A stretch of DNA of 64,000 nt from an uncultured Candidatus Saccharibacteria bacterium (GTDB lineage Bacteria > Patescibacteriota > Saccharimonadia > Saccharimonadales > 2-12-FULL-41-12): NCBI GenBank assembly GCA_947085855.1, contig CAMTYB010000001.1, positions 737,421-801,420 on the forward strand. The letters are read 5' to 3'. This document shows, in pieces, positions 8,882 through 21,176 of the stretch. Each line of letters opens with the position of its first letter. Position 1 is the stretch's first letter. A program made the translations under genes and the position numbers. The notes beneath the pieces are model-generated. The model saw only the letters and a program-made list of their open reading frames with translations. It did not search any database and was not told where the DNA came from.

Positions 8882-10304
8882 GCAGCAACCAGCATTTTCA
8901 GCGTCTCATTGATGGCGGTCAGCCAGTCGGCGAAGTTATTGCAGTTGAGGGTAAGTACCTCGTGCGGATCAAAGGGCTACATCCTGTTAATATGCACGCC
9001 TTAATTATGTTTGAAGACGGCAGTAAGGGCTTTGTAACAGAGATAACGCCTGAGTATGTCACTATTTTGCACCTCGGGCAAAAACCGCTCGCAACTGGTA
9101 TGGTGGCGGTTGTTCAGCATCATGAATTGGTCTGTAAAGTCGGCAAGGACTATCTGGGTCGGGTTATATCTGTACTCGGCGAGCCTTTAGACGGTAAAGG
9201 ACCGATTGCTCCAGATGACACTGCCCCAGTGTTTAATAGTGCGCCACCACTCGCAGCACGTAAACTACTTGATACGCAGCTAGAGAGCGGCGTGGTCAGT
9301 ATCGATGCCTTGTTCCCGGTCGTTCGAGGTCAGCGTATTGCCGTGCTTGGCGATAGTAAATCTGGCAAAAGCAGTATTGCCACCCAGCTGACCATTAACC
9401 AAAAGAATACCGACCAAGTTGTGGTTTATTGCATGATCGCCAAACGTCGTAGCGACATCGATGCTCTGCTGAGCAAGCTAGAGGCCACCGATTCACTGAG
9501 CAGTGCCATTGTTATTGTGTCGACCATGTTTGAGTCTCTGATTGCTAGCTACATAGCGCCTTATGTGGCATGCGCCATGGCAGAACATTTTTGGCAAAAG
9601 CTTAATCAAGATGCCATCATCATTTATGACGATTTAACGACCCACGCTCAGGCTTATCGAGAAATTTCTCTACTCACTGGCACCAGCCCAGGTCGTGATT
9701 CGTACCCGGGTGATATGTTCTATGCGCACTCCAGCTTGTTGGAGCGGGCCGGTCGGCTGGATAGTACTGGTAAGCACCTGACTAGTATCCCAATTGTTCT
9801 AGCAGCCTCTGGTGATATTACAGCCTTTTTACCAACCAACATTATGTCCATTACCGATGGTCAATGGATTCTTGATATGGATCTTTTTCGTAGCGGTGTG
9901 CGCCCAGCAGTCAATACGGGCTTAAGTGTGACGCGTGTGGGAGGTGTCGGTCATAATAAGCGTCAAAAAACACTGGCGGCTAGTACGCTCAAAATGCTGG
10001 CTGCCTACCGCGAAGCTCTAGAGTTTTCGCACTTTGGGTCAGAATTAGCGCTTGAGTCAAAGATAGCGCTCCGTAAGGGCGAGGATATTTTTAAAATTCT
10101 CAACCAAGGTCCATCAGAAATATATTCTTTGTATGCTCAGCAACTAATGCTCGATATTGTCTTGAATGCCGAAGAAGGTGTGCAGCTCGATATTGACACC
10201 CTCAAGACGCACGTTCATGAATACGCCGCCACGATTCAGAAAGACGAAGATTACGACAAGGCACGCGACGAACTGAAGGGCAAAGCAGCCGTGGAGCTTA
10301 AGAA

Positions 10305-10308
<4 letters not shown>
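8878..10308 (+). CDS. atpA: F1 ATP synthase alpha subunit (short, 476 aa)
   Basis: Walker A variant [11 protein letters not shown], and [42 protein letters not shown] aligning with the canonical alpha signature. Confidence 0.9.
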
Positions 10309-12886
<2,578 letters not shown>

Positions 12887-12890
<4 letters not shown>

Positions 12891-13912
12891 TCGATGACGA
12901 TGTAATCAAAGGCAAAGCTTTGACCGGCTGGAGCCGCATTGGATGTGCAGATACTAAAGTTGGTGCTCGTACGATTAAGGTAGTAATCAACACCACCGCC
13001 AGCTGAACCGATAGGAGTTACTACTACATGCGGTGTGCCGTTGAAACGTTGGTTAAAGGTCACTGTCACAAAGCAACCTGGGCCGGTGCCACCACCAGTA
13101 TTAATTGCTACGGTACCGGCAGTATCGGTACCACTTATTGAGCTTGTACCACCGATACCAAGGGCGGCGCCATCAGATTTGCCAGGTGTGCCCCCGCCAG
13201 CATCGATGTGTCGAGAGAGCTGTAAATCACCACTTACTTGCAGTGTCTGAATATTTAAACGAGCAGCTGTTAACGTGCCGCCAAAACTACCTGATCCGGC
13301 CACGGTAAGATTATTCTGAATACTAACTTGTCCTTGCAACGTGGAGCTACCAGAAACTTGGAGTTGGCTAGCTTGTGCTTGGCCCATCAGTGTCGTGCCG
13401 GTTACCGTTAGACCAGGAACAGTGAGCGGTGAACCAGCTTTAATTTCACCCGCAACTTCTAGGCCGCCACGGACCAGTACGCGACCAGCAAAAATGGCAT
13501 TAGATTCGACGCTTAGGACTTGTTTTGGGTCACCAACTTTGACATCAGTTTGACGCAGCTGCTCGAGGGCTTCTTCGCTCAATGGTTCAGTCTGAATTTG
13601 CTGAGTTTGATTATTGGCCTGCCGACTACGGATGTAGCTGACAGCAGTCACTACAATGGCGAGCGTTAAAAGTAGACTAAAAGCTAACAGGTAAATGTTG
13701 ATACGACCGGAAAGGCTTTTAATACGTGAAAACGACCGACTCTTCTTTGGTGGCTTATCGTCCGGTTTTGGTGGAGTGTTAGGGTTGCTTGAGTCTGGCG
13801 TACTCGAGCCAGGAGCAGTTTCAATAACGGTGGTTTGGGCCTCTAGAGAATCATTCTCCAGCTGTTGCTCTGGCGTTGTTGCGGTCTCAGATTCTTTATT
13901 TTGAGTATCCAT
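12887..13912 (-). CDS. membrane-anchored surface protein with beta-helix-like G/T/S/V repeats and a compact C-terminal domain
   Basis: 341 aa. It has a Pro/Ser/Thr-rich N-terminus, one TM helix (INIYLLAFSLLLTLAIVVTAV) and repetitive LxVxG stretches. The C-terminus reads VTVTFNQRFNGTPHVVVTP...FAFDYIVID. Confidence 0.6.
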
Positions 13913-14056
13913 TTTTATTATCTGTAACTCCTCAGGAGTCCCTCATATGCTTAACCATTAGCATACTATAAATGTGCCCAAAAACATAAGCTCATTGTGT
14001 TTTAGCGAACAGTAAGACACAATAAGTTGAGTAACCTGATGTTGTGGTGGTGTGCC

Positions 14057-14725
14057 ATGAAATATAGTCAGAAATTGAATTACCGACGTCGAAAACGTTA
14101 TCTGCGCCTTGCATGGTCGCTCACAGTTCTTGTACTGATAGCACTGGTTGCTGGTCTTATATATCTGTATTATCAAAGCGCAAAAGAAGACCAGAATAAT
14201 AATGCTACCTCTGGGCAGACTACTAAGTATTTGGCTCCTTCCGTCCGGGTCTTTGACACGCCGTACTTTCATTTTCAAACCAATGATACATGGGCCGAAA
14301 TTCCTGCCGAAACCACTGCCAACAAGTTTGTATATCGAAGCATCCGAGCTGGCTTGGTAGAACACGAACTCGTAATCTACGTCGATCAAATCCCGAGCAA
14401 TCTTGTAGGGAATCGGGTGCTGCCGGTGTCTCAAGACAGCGGTCATAAACTGTCACCGATTACTGTTTCAGAGCACTGCATAAAGGCAGCCGGTGGCTCA
14501 AAAGCAATGCCGGTTGAGGTGGTGGTTGAGCAAGTGAAAATGCCCTGCAAATCTGACACAACCAATTACGCGGTCTTACTGGGTCGGATTAATGGATCGA
14601 CAGTCATGGACTTAACGCGGCCTGATGGTTCGAAGAAGAATTACACGATTACATACGCTGATCTCAGGTCGTTGTATGATCCGACTGAGTTAATCCAGAT
14701 TATAGACGGCTTCCAGACTCGTTGA
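14057..14725 (+). CDS. membrane-anchored hypothetical protein
   Basis: The start is taken at MKYSQKLNYRRRKRYLRLAWSLTVLVLIALVAG (the track start is 14027). It has an N-terminal basic patch and a TM helix, with the rest predicted to be extracytoplasmic. Confidence 0.5.
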   Translation: MKYSQKLNYRRRKRYLRLAWSLTVLVLIALVAGLIYLYYQSAKEDQNNNATSGQTTKYLAPSVRVFDTPYFHFQTNDTWAEIPAETTANKFVYRSIRAGLVEHELVIYVDQIPSNLVGNRVLPVSQDSGHKLSPITVSEHCIKAAGGSKAMPVEVVVEQVKMPCKSDTTNYAVLLGRINGSTVMDLTRPDGSKKNYTITYADLRSLYDPTELIQIIDGFQTR

Positions 14726-14746
14726 ACCGTTGCGTAGCTACATGCG

Positions 14747-14755
14747 TGTTATAAT
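14747..14755 (+). promoter_or_regulatory. extended -10 box TGTTATAAT, 12 nt upstream of the ATG at 14768
   Basis: It matches TGnTATAAT exactly. There is no SD between the box and the start codon. Confidence 0.45.
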
Positions 14756-14767
14756 TTAGGTGTCATT

Positions 14768-15544
14768 ATGAAAAATAAAAAGTGGTCAAAAGGGTGGTAT
14801 ATATTCGCAGCTGGACTGCTGCTATTGCCGATGAGCGTATCGGCCCAATCTTCTTCGCCAAATTATCGTATTGAAGAAGGCTACTTTGGTACAGGCGGTA
14901 GTATCGAATCAAGTTCTCCGAACTATCAGGCGCGTCAGTCGACAGGTTCTATTGGGGTGGGTGATGCTGCCAGTTCCAATGTTCGGACGGTAGCCGGTTT
15001 TACGACGCCATCCGAGCCGTTTTTGGAGATGGCTATAGAGGGTCCAGATGTTGATTTTGGAAGCCTAAGCCCGAGTACTCCATCGTATGCAGCTTCGCAA
15101 GGCGGTGCCTGTAATTGTACCTTCTACGTTCGCAGCTACATGTCGTACTCATATTCAGTTATCACCGCCTCGCAACCACCGACGAGCGAAAACAATGATT
15201 CTATTGATGCTAAGGCCACGCAAGCTGCTGCTTCCACGAACCCAAATGTGGAAGAATTTGGCATCAATTTGGTAGCAAATACTGTGCCGGGCACCATGGG
15301 AGCTGTACCAGTCAATGAGCCGGATAATAGCTTTGCCGATGGTGAGGCGGCTACCGGTTACCAGACGACTAATCAGTACAAATATGCGTCGGGTGATGTG
15401 ATTGCTCGCTCGCCGGCAACACCCGGAAACCAAGGTGTAGGCAAAACGAATTACACGATTTCCTACATTATTAAGCCATCTAATATTACGCCTGCCGGTC
15501 AGTACGCCATGCGCCACATACTGATTGCAGTACCTTCATTTTAG
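14768..15544 (+). CDS. secreted surface protein, WxL-like family member 1
   Basis: 258 aa with a signal peptide (...LLLLPMSVSA/QS) and a duplicated SSSPNY motif. The C-terminus ...AGQYAMRHILIAVPSF* is shared with the next two ORFs. Confidence 0.65.
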   Translation: MKNKKWSKGWYIFAAGLLLLPMSVSAQSSSPNYRIEEGYFGTGGSIESSSPNYQARQSTGSIGVGDAASSNVRTVAGFTTPSEPFLEMAIEGPDVDFGSLSPSTPSYAASQGGACNCTFYVRSYMSYSYSVITASQPPTSENNDSIDAKATQAAASTNPNVEEFGINLVANTVPGTMGAVPVNEPDNSFADGEAATGYQTTNQYKYASGDVIARSPATPGNQGVGKTNYTISYIIKPSNITPAGQYAMRHILIAVPSF

Positions 15545-15632
15545 ATAGGCGTCTGTGGATAACGTTTGTGGCTATACGTGTGTTTATGGTATAAAAGCAG
15601 CATAACATCAAAAACAAAAGGAGAAACACAGG

Positions 15633-16994
15633 TTGCGCACACTAAAAAGCAGCCTTCAGCAGAGAATCAGTAACTCGACCAATGTCCTTATTGCGGTCGT
15701 TTTTGCACTGTCTGGCTTTATGCCGATAATTCTAACGAGTCATGCTGATGCCGCCCAATTGACCAGTCGCAAGGTAACTATTACCGATTCTACACCGAGT
15801 GCTACCGGTGTTGCCTATCGTTTTGATTTTACAATTCCATCAACGACCGCTATCCAATCAATTCGTTTTGAATTCTGTACCACACCGCTTGGCACCTGTA
15901 CGAAACCGACAGGTATGAACATCAACTACACGGCAACTTCTCTAAACGGTACTCAGACGTTCTCTGAAGCTACAGCATTCACAGAATATACGGGCGCCGA
16001 TGCAGGCGCTTGTGATGATCATAATAACGGTACACCTGCCAACTCCACAGAGTATTGCGTTACTCGTACTGATGTCGACGCCGAAACTGCCATTGCTAAA
16101 TCAATCCAAATTGACAGTATTACCAACCCTTCAATTCCTTCCGGTAATAACACCTCCGTTTATGCTCGTGTCTCAGTTTATAGCGACGCAGCTTTTGCCA
16201 CAGAAGTTCACCAGGGCGTAGTGGCGGCTTCAATCGTCAACCAGCTGACCGTAACTGGTCGTGTCCAGGAGCGATTAGTCTTCTGTATGTTCGCGCTCGA
16301 TGATACCGACTCATTACCGACTGACTGTGCTGATACCGAAGCTTCGGAGAGCACCAGCGTTGACTTAGGTGTGGTCGATAACATTACAATTGCTCGTTCA
16401 CCGGTAGACAATAGTCCGCCGACTTCCATTGGCAATGATCGTTTTGGAGCAGCTATGGTGAATACGAATGCCTCTAATGGTGTGGCCATTACGTATTACG
16501 CAGCATCAGCTGGCTCTGGGACCAATGAGTTGCGCGCCTTTCGCGTACCGGGAGCAACCTGTGACGTGAGCGGTACGAGCTTAGTTGATCAGTGTTTTAT
16601 TGCTGCTAGCGACTCCACTGGTGAAACGTTTACTGCGGGCACCGAGCGCTTTGGTGTACATATTGCGTGTGTAAACTACACGCAAGGCACCACTTCTAGT
16701 TTAGGTGAAAACAGTGGCGGTACGCCAACCTCTGGCTCTGGTAGTAGCGGTTCGTATAATACGGTTTACAGTAATGTGGATGATAGTATTACCGACGCTG
16801 GTGATTGCGAGAACTCTGATGCCGGCCATAAGTATGGCTGGCGTGACTCCAGTACTGCTCAGGCACTCATAAGCTCAGTCAATGTGGTCGACGACGAAAT
16901 TGTTAAGCTACGCTACGGTGCTACCGCGAGTGCTACGACTCCAACCGGTACGTACACGGTTTCCAGTATCTATATTGCAACACCTACCTTCTAG
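15633..16994 (+). CDS. secreted surface protein, WxL-like family member 2
   Basis: 453 aa with a TTG start preceded by AAAGGAGAA. The signal peptide ends ...SHADA/AQ. The N-terminal region is paralogous to 17040..18080 (AAQLTSRKVTITDSTPSATGVAYRFDFT vs AAQVTARSVTLGSSLPSAVTTHAFDFT). The C-terminus is ...TGTYTVSSIYIATPTF*. Confidence 0.7.
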   Translation: MRTLKSSLQQRISNSTNVLIAVVFALSGFMPIILTSHADAAQLTSRKVTITDSTPSATGVAYRFDFTIPSTTAIQSIRFEFCTTPLGTCTKPTGMNINYTATSLNGTQTFSEATAFTEYTGADAGACDDHNNGTPANSTEYCVTRTDVDAETAIAKSIQIDSITNPSIPSGNNTSVYARVSVYSDAAFATEVHQGVVAASIVNQLTVTGRVQERLVFCMFALDDTDSLPTDCADTEASESTSVDLGVVDNITIARSPVDNSPPTSIGNDRFGAAMVNTNASNGVAITYYAASAGSGTNELRAFRVPGATCDVSGTSLVDQCFIAASDSTGETFTAGTERFGVHIACVNYTQGTTSSLGENSGGTPTSGSGSSGSYNTVYSNVDDSITDAGDCENSDAGHKYGWRDSSTAQALISSVNVVDDEIVKLRYGATASATTPTGTYTVSSIYIATPTF

Positions 16995-17039
16995 ACATTG
17001 ATGCTGGCCCTTCACTCGTAAAATAGTTAGAATAATCAT

Positions 17040-18080
17040 ATGCAGACAATGAGTTCTCGGGTGGTTCAGTTTGTTATCGGACTGACACTCATAGTCGCCA
17101 CTATTATGCCAGTAGGGCACGCTTCGGCTGCCCAAGTTACAGCTCGGTCTGTTACGCTCGGTTCTTCATTGCCGAGTGCCGTTACGACGCATGCGTTTGA
17201 CTTCACGCTTGCTAGTTCAGGTACCTTGGGTTCAATAGTATTTGAGTACTGCTCCAACACACCGTTTATTGAAGACTCATGCTTTGCGCCAGTTGACTTC
17301 TCGGCAACGGACGCAACGCTACAGGACCAAACCGGCGAGACCGGCTTCACAAAGGGTGCGGCTTCTACGGTCAATCGCATTGTTTTGACACGTCCGCCGG
17401 TGGCGAGCGGAGCTATACCGGTAACATATACGTTCAGCGACATCATTAATCAGTCGGCTACCAACAGTCCTTCATATGTGAGGATTTCTACGTATGCCAG
17501 CGATGATGCGAGTGGTTCGCCAATTGATGAAGGGGCGGTCGCATATTCTACTGCGTCGGCTATAGCTATTGGGGGTTATGTTCCGCCATACATCACGTTT
17601 TGCGTGGGCGTAACGGTGGCGCTTAATTGTACGGATACTGTTGGCTCGCAGCTTAATTTTGGTGAGTTATCCTCGACTACGCCACGTTTTTTGACGTCAC
17701 AATTTGCGGTTGCTACCAATGATCCGGCCGGCTACACCACGTTTGTGGCAGGGCCAACCATGACCTCAGGCAACAATGTAATCCCTGGGCTAGGTAGCCC
17801 GCAATTTAGTCAACCGGGTAATAGCCAGTTTGGGATGAATGTGCGTGCTAATTCAAATCCGGTGGTGGGGGCTGATCCGGCTGGAGTCGGTACAGGTGCT
17901 ATTTCATCTAACTTCAACAATCCTAATCAGTTCTATTTTGGCAATCAAGTTATTGCCGCTTCGCCACTGCCAACCGAATTTAATGCCTTTACTGTCAGTT
18001 ATCTCGTAAATATCAATCGCGATCAACAACCAGGTATTTACGTGACGACCTTAACCTATATTGCGAGCGCAGCTTTCTGA
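17040..18080 (+). CDS. secreted surface protein, WxL-like family member 3
   Basis: 346 aa with a signal peptide (...PVGHASA/AQ). It is a paralogue of the previous ORF, and its C-terminus is ...PGIYVTTLTYIASAAF*. Confidence 0.7.
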   Translation: MQTMSSRVVQFVIGLTLIVATIMPVGHASAAQVTARSVTLGSSLPSAVTTHAFDFTLASSGTLGSIVFEYCSNTPFIEDSCFAPVDFSATDATLQDQTGETGFTKGAASTVNRIVLTRPPVASGAIPVTYTFSDIINQSATNSPSYVRISTYASDDASGSPIDEGAVAYSTASAIAIGGYVPPYITFCVGVTVALNCTDTVGSQLNFGELSSTTPRFLTSQFAVATNDPAGYTTFVAGPTMTSGNNVIPGLGSPQFSQPGNSQFGMNVRANSNPVVGADPAGVGTGAISSNFNNPNQFYFGNQVIAASPLPTEFNAFTVSYLVNINRDQQPGIYVTTLTYIASAAF

Positions 18081-18166
18081 TGAACCGGTATTCTATGAGC
18101 CCTGTGAGGAAATTGACATGAGTGGTGTTTACGCTTATAATTCGGGCAAATAGTGTGAATAAAAAC

Positions 18167-19171
18167 ATGAGGGCGAACGTAGTGTCACTATCTAAAAAAA
18201 CGTCGTGGTTTGCAATGGTGCTCCTGCTGGCATTTAGTTGGCTGGCAACACCGTTGATAGTTCAGGCGCAGGGCAACCAGCAGTCCGGTAGCGGCCTGCA
18301 GCTTTCGCCGACACGCAAGGACATGATTGCTCAGCCAGGCGAAAAAGAAACATTTTCTATCTTGCTCAAGAACATCACAGCTGTCGACCTGACGGCGCAG
18401 GCTGTGCTGAATGACTTTGAATCAGATAATGACAGTGGAACGCCGCAAATTATTATTGATCAAACCAAGCGCACCCCGTATACCCTTGAAAAGATGCTTA
18501 AGGGTTACACGACCGTTGATTTGAAGCCGGGTGAAACCAAAGAGGTAAAATTGACGCTCGATGTGCCGGCCGGCACCACACCAGGGGCGTATTTTGGGGC
18601 GGTACGCTATTCGGCTGTGCCAAAAGGCCAAACAGCTCAGTCTGATCGACAAGTTGCTCTTACCGCCAGTGTTGCTCACCTAGTATTTGTAGAAGTTCCA
18701 GGTGAAATTAATGAGCAAATCCAGATTGAAAGTCTAAAAGCTACCTATGACAATAAGCCAGGCACATTTTTCTTCAAGAAGCCTGACAATGTTGCTTTAC
18801 AAGTTAAGAACTTAGGCACCGGTCTGTCTCGGCCGTTTGGTAAAGTCAACGTTAATGGTCCATTTGGAAAAGAAGTTCATACCTACGACGTTAACAATAC
18901 AGATCCACGAGGTCTTATTTTGCCAACGTCATCACGTACATTTAACAATGAGCTCAAGAACGTAAAGTGGCCCGGTAAGTACACGCTAACTGGTTCAGTG
19001 GCGTATGGTAGCGGCGGCGAAGTTGTCACCTACAAGAGTTCATTTGTCTATATGCCATGGTGGTGTTTGCTTGTCCTGATAGTGCTCATCGTACTCATTG
19101 TGAGTGGTGGCTACTGGATTTACCGATCACGCTTTGGCAAGCGCAAAAAGTCAAAAATACATCGTCGGTAA
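18167..19171 (+). CDS. cell-surface protein with DUF916/DUF3324-like (CscA-like) architecture and a C-terminal TM anchor
   Basis: The start is taken at MRANVVSLSKK (the track start is 18122). It has a signal peptide and two Ig-like-looking modules (...PGEKETFSILLKNIT..., ...LKPGETKEVKLTLDVPAGTTPGAYFGAV..., ...ILPTSSRTF...WPGKYTLTGSV...). These are followed by the TM helix WWCLLVLIVLIVLIV and a basic tail. Confidence 0.55.
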   Translation: MRANVVSLSKKTSWFAMVLLLAFSWLATPLIVQAQGNQQSGSGLQLSPTRKDMIAQPGEKETFSILLKNITAVDLTAQAVLNDFESDNDSGTPQIIIDQTKRTPYTLEKMLKGYTTVDLKPGETKEVKLTLDVPAGTTPGAYFGAVRYSAVPKGQTAQSDRQVALTASVAHLVFVEVPGEINEQIQIESLKATYDNKPGTFFFKKPDNVALQVKNLGTGLSRPFGKVNVNGPFGKEVHTYDVNNTDPRGLILPTSSRTFNNELKNVKWPGKYTLTGSVAYGSGGEVVTYKSSFVYMPWWCLLVLIVLIVLIVSGGYWIYRSRFGKRKKSKIHRR

Positions 19172-19175
19172 CGTT

Positions 19176-20042
19176 ATGCGTCGATATGTCCTGAGTCTGT
19201 TACTGACAGTTGGACTAGTGTTATTGTTCGCTGTAGTTCCTACGTATGCTGCCCAAGAAGATGGCTCGATTGGCCTCGAAGGCCGTATTAACTCGGCACC
19301 ACCAACTACTGGCGCCACCATAACGTTTCCTCGAGATGGAGTGACTATCAACGAGCCAACTGTAACTGTCACCGGGTTATGCCCAAATGGTTTGTTGGTT
19401 AAAATTTTCAAAAACAATGTTTTTGCCGGTGCCGTTGAGTGTGCAAATGGTAGCTTTTCGATTCAAATCGACCTCTTTAGTGGTCGTAATGAGCTGGTTG
19501 CTCGCGTCTTCGATAGTCTTGACCAGCCCGGTCCAGACTCTAATGTGGTAGTAGTAACGGTACCGTTTACCGGTGTTGCGCCACCTAACAGGCTCTTTTT
19601 GACCAGTAGCTTCGCTAAGCGCGGTGCCAACCCGGGCGAGACCCTGACCTGGCCAATTATTTTGGCTGGCGGCAACGGGCCGTATGCTATCAGTGTTGAT
19701 TGGGGTGATGGCAAAACCCCGGATTTAATAAGCCAGGCCTTTCCGGGAACATTTACGATTTCACATATCTACGATACCGCGGGTATTTACAATGTCATTA
19801 TTCGAGCTACCGATAAAGATGGTAACTTAGCATTTTTGCAGGTAGTCGGTGTTTCTAACGGTGACCCGGGACAAAGCAATACCAGTCAGGACGACAAGGG
19901 AACTACGATTACGCGTACCAAAATTTTGTGGCAACCGGCTGCAATCGCCATACCGCTGATCGCATCTTCCTTCTGGCTCGGTCGACGGTACGAAATTAAG
20001 GTTCTGCGTAAACGACTTGAGCGCAACGAAGACGTCAGTTAA
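19176..20042 (+). CDS. secreted PKD-domain protein with a C-terminal TM anchor
   Basis: The start is taken at MRRYVLSLLLTVG (the track start is 19104). The PKD signature VDWGDGKTPDLISQAFPGTFTISHIYDTAGIYNVIIRATDKDGN is present, along with a C-terminal hydrophobic helix followed by RRYEIKVLRKR. Confidence 0.7.
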   Translation: MRRYVLSLLLTVGLVLLFAVVPTYAAQEDGSIGLEGRINSAPPTTGATITFPRDGVTINEPTVTVTGLCPNGLLVKIFKNNVFAGAVECANGSFSIQIDLFSGRNELVARVFDSLDQPGPDSNVVVVTVPFTGVAPPNRLFLTSSFAKRGANPGETLTWPIILAGGNGPYAISVDWGDGKTPDLISQAFPGTFTISHIYDTAGIYNVIIRATDKDGNLAFLQVVGVSNGDPGQSNTSQDDKGTTITRTKILWQPAAIAIPLIASSFWLGRRYEIKVLRKRLERNEDVS

Positions 20043-20053
20043 GCTATAAGGCC

Positions 20054-21127
20054 ATGGTTACGGTAGAGAAAACAGTATTCGTCGGCATGAGCGGCGGCGT
20101 TGATAGTTCAGTAACTGCTGCATTATTGCAGCAGGCTGGCTATGCAGTGGTTGGCGTTTATATGAAGAACTGGACCCAAGATGTGGCTGGTTTTGCTTGT
20201 CCGTGGAAAGAAGACTTCCAAGACGCTAAGCGTGTTGCTGTTCGACTAGGGATTGATTTAAGAGTCTTTGACTTTGAGCAAGAGTATCGTGACAAGGTCG
20301 TTCAATACATGATTGATGAGTACAAGGCTGGTCGCACGCCCAACCCTGATATCATGTGTAATCAAGAGATTAAGTTTAAGCTTTTTCTTGATACAGCCCT
20401 AGAACAAGGTGCTGACATGATTGCGACTGGTCACTATGCGCGGGTCAAACACGACGTAGCTGGCGCTCAACTACTAACAGCCTCCAATGCCACTAAGGAC
20501 CAGACCTACTTTTTGTATCGAATCTCAGAGTCGGCTTTGCAGAAAACCTTATTTCCGATTGGTGATTTTACTACCAAAGAAGAGGTGAGGGGATTGGCAG
20601 CAAAATTTTCACTGCCAACTGCCAACAAAAAGGACAGCCAAGGCATTTGCTTTGTTGGTAAGGTCGGGATAAAAGATTTTCTGAAGGAGTATGTCGAGAC
20701 CACGTCGGGTCCAATTGTCGACAGCCACGGAACTGTCATTGGTGAGCATGATGGCGCCATTTTCTACACCATCGGCCAACGTCACGGTCTGGACGTCGGT
20801 GGTGGGCTGCCCTACTACGTGACGCACAAAGATATGAAGACAAATACTGTCTATGTTACAACCGACCTAGAAGATAAAGCATTGTGGGCAAAACAAATTA
20901 CTATCAGGGATGGGCACTGGATTAATCAGGCACCGCAAGCCGATCAGGCTTACAAAGTCAGGTTGCGCTACCGCGGGCCACTGATTGATTGTCAGGTAGA
21001 GCAGACAGCGAAAGCGGTGCTTATTCACCTGAAAGATGAGCAGCGGGCAATTGCAGCTGGCCAATCGGCCGTATTGTATGATGGCGAACGAGTTGTTGGC
21101 GGCGGCCTGATTTCTGAGGTTATGTAA
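20054..21127 (+). CDS. mnmA: tRNA-specific 2-thiouridylase
   Basis: 357 aa with the PP-loop VGMSGGVDSSV and the catalytic-Cys context ...DSQGICFVG. Confidence 0.9.
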   Translation: MVTVEKTVFVGMSGGVDSSVTAALLQQAGYAVVGVYMKNWTQDVAGFACPWKEDFQDAKRVAVRLGIDLRVFDFEQEYRDKVVQYMIDEYKAGRTPNPDIMCNQEIKFKLFLDTALEQGADMIATGHYARVKHDVAGAQLLTASNATKDQTYFLYRISESALQKTLFPIGDFTTKEEVRGLAAKFSLPTANKKDSQGICFVGKVGIKDFLKEYVETTSGPIVDSHGTVIGEHDGAIFYTIGQRHGLDVGGGLPYYVTHKDMKTNTVYVTTDLEDKALWAKQITIRDGHWINQAPQADQAYKVRLRYRGPLIDCQVEQTAKAVLIHLKDEQRAIAAGQSAVLYDGERVVGGGLISEVM

Positions 21128-21176
21128 GACTGGTTTTAGCCCGCTTCCTCTGATGATCTGGTAAACTATATCAGAT

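Noticed and set aside
13958-14446. A 162-aa minus-strand ORF overlapping the 14057..14725 gene.
   Set aside because: Its composition is Cys/Gln/Ile-rich and not protein-like. The plus-strand ORF has a sensible basic-patch and TM N-terminus and fits the surrounding surface-protein context.
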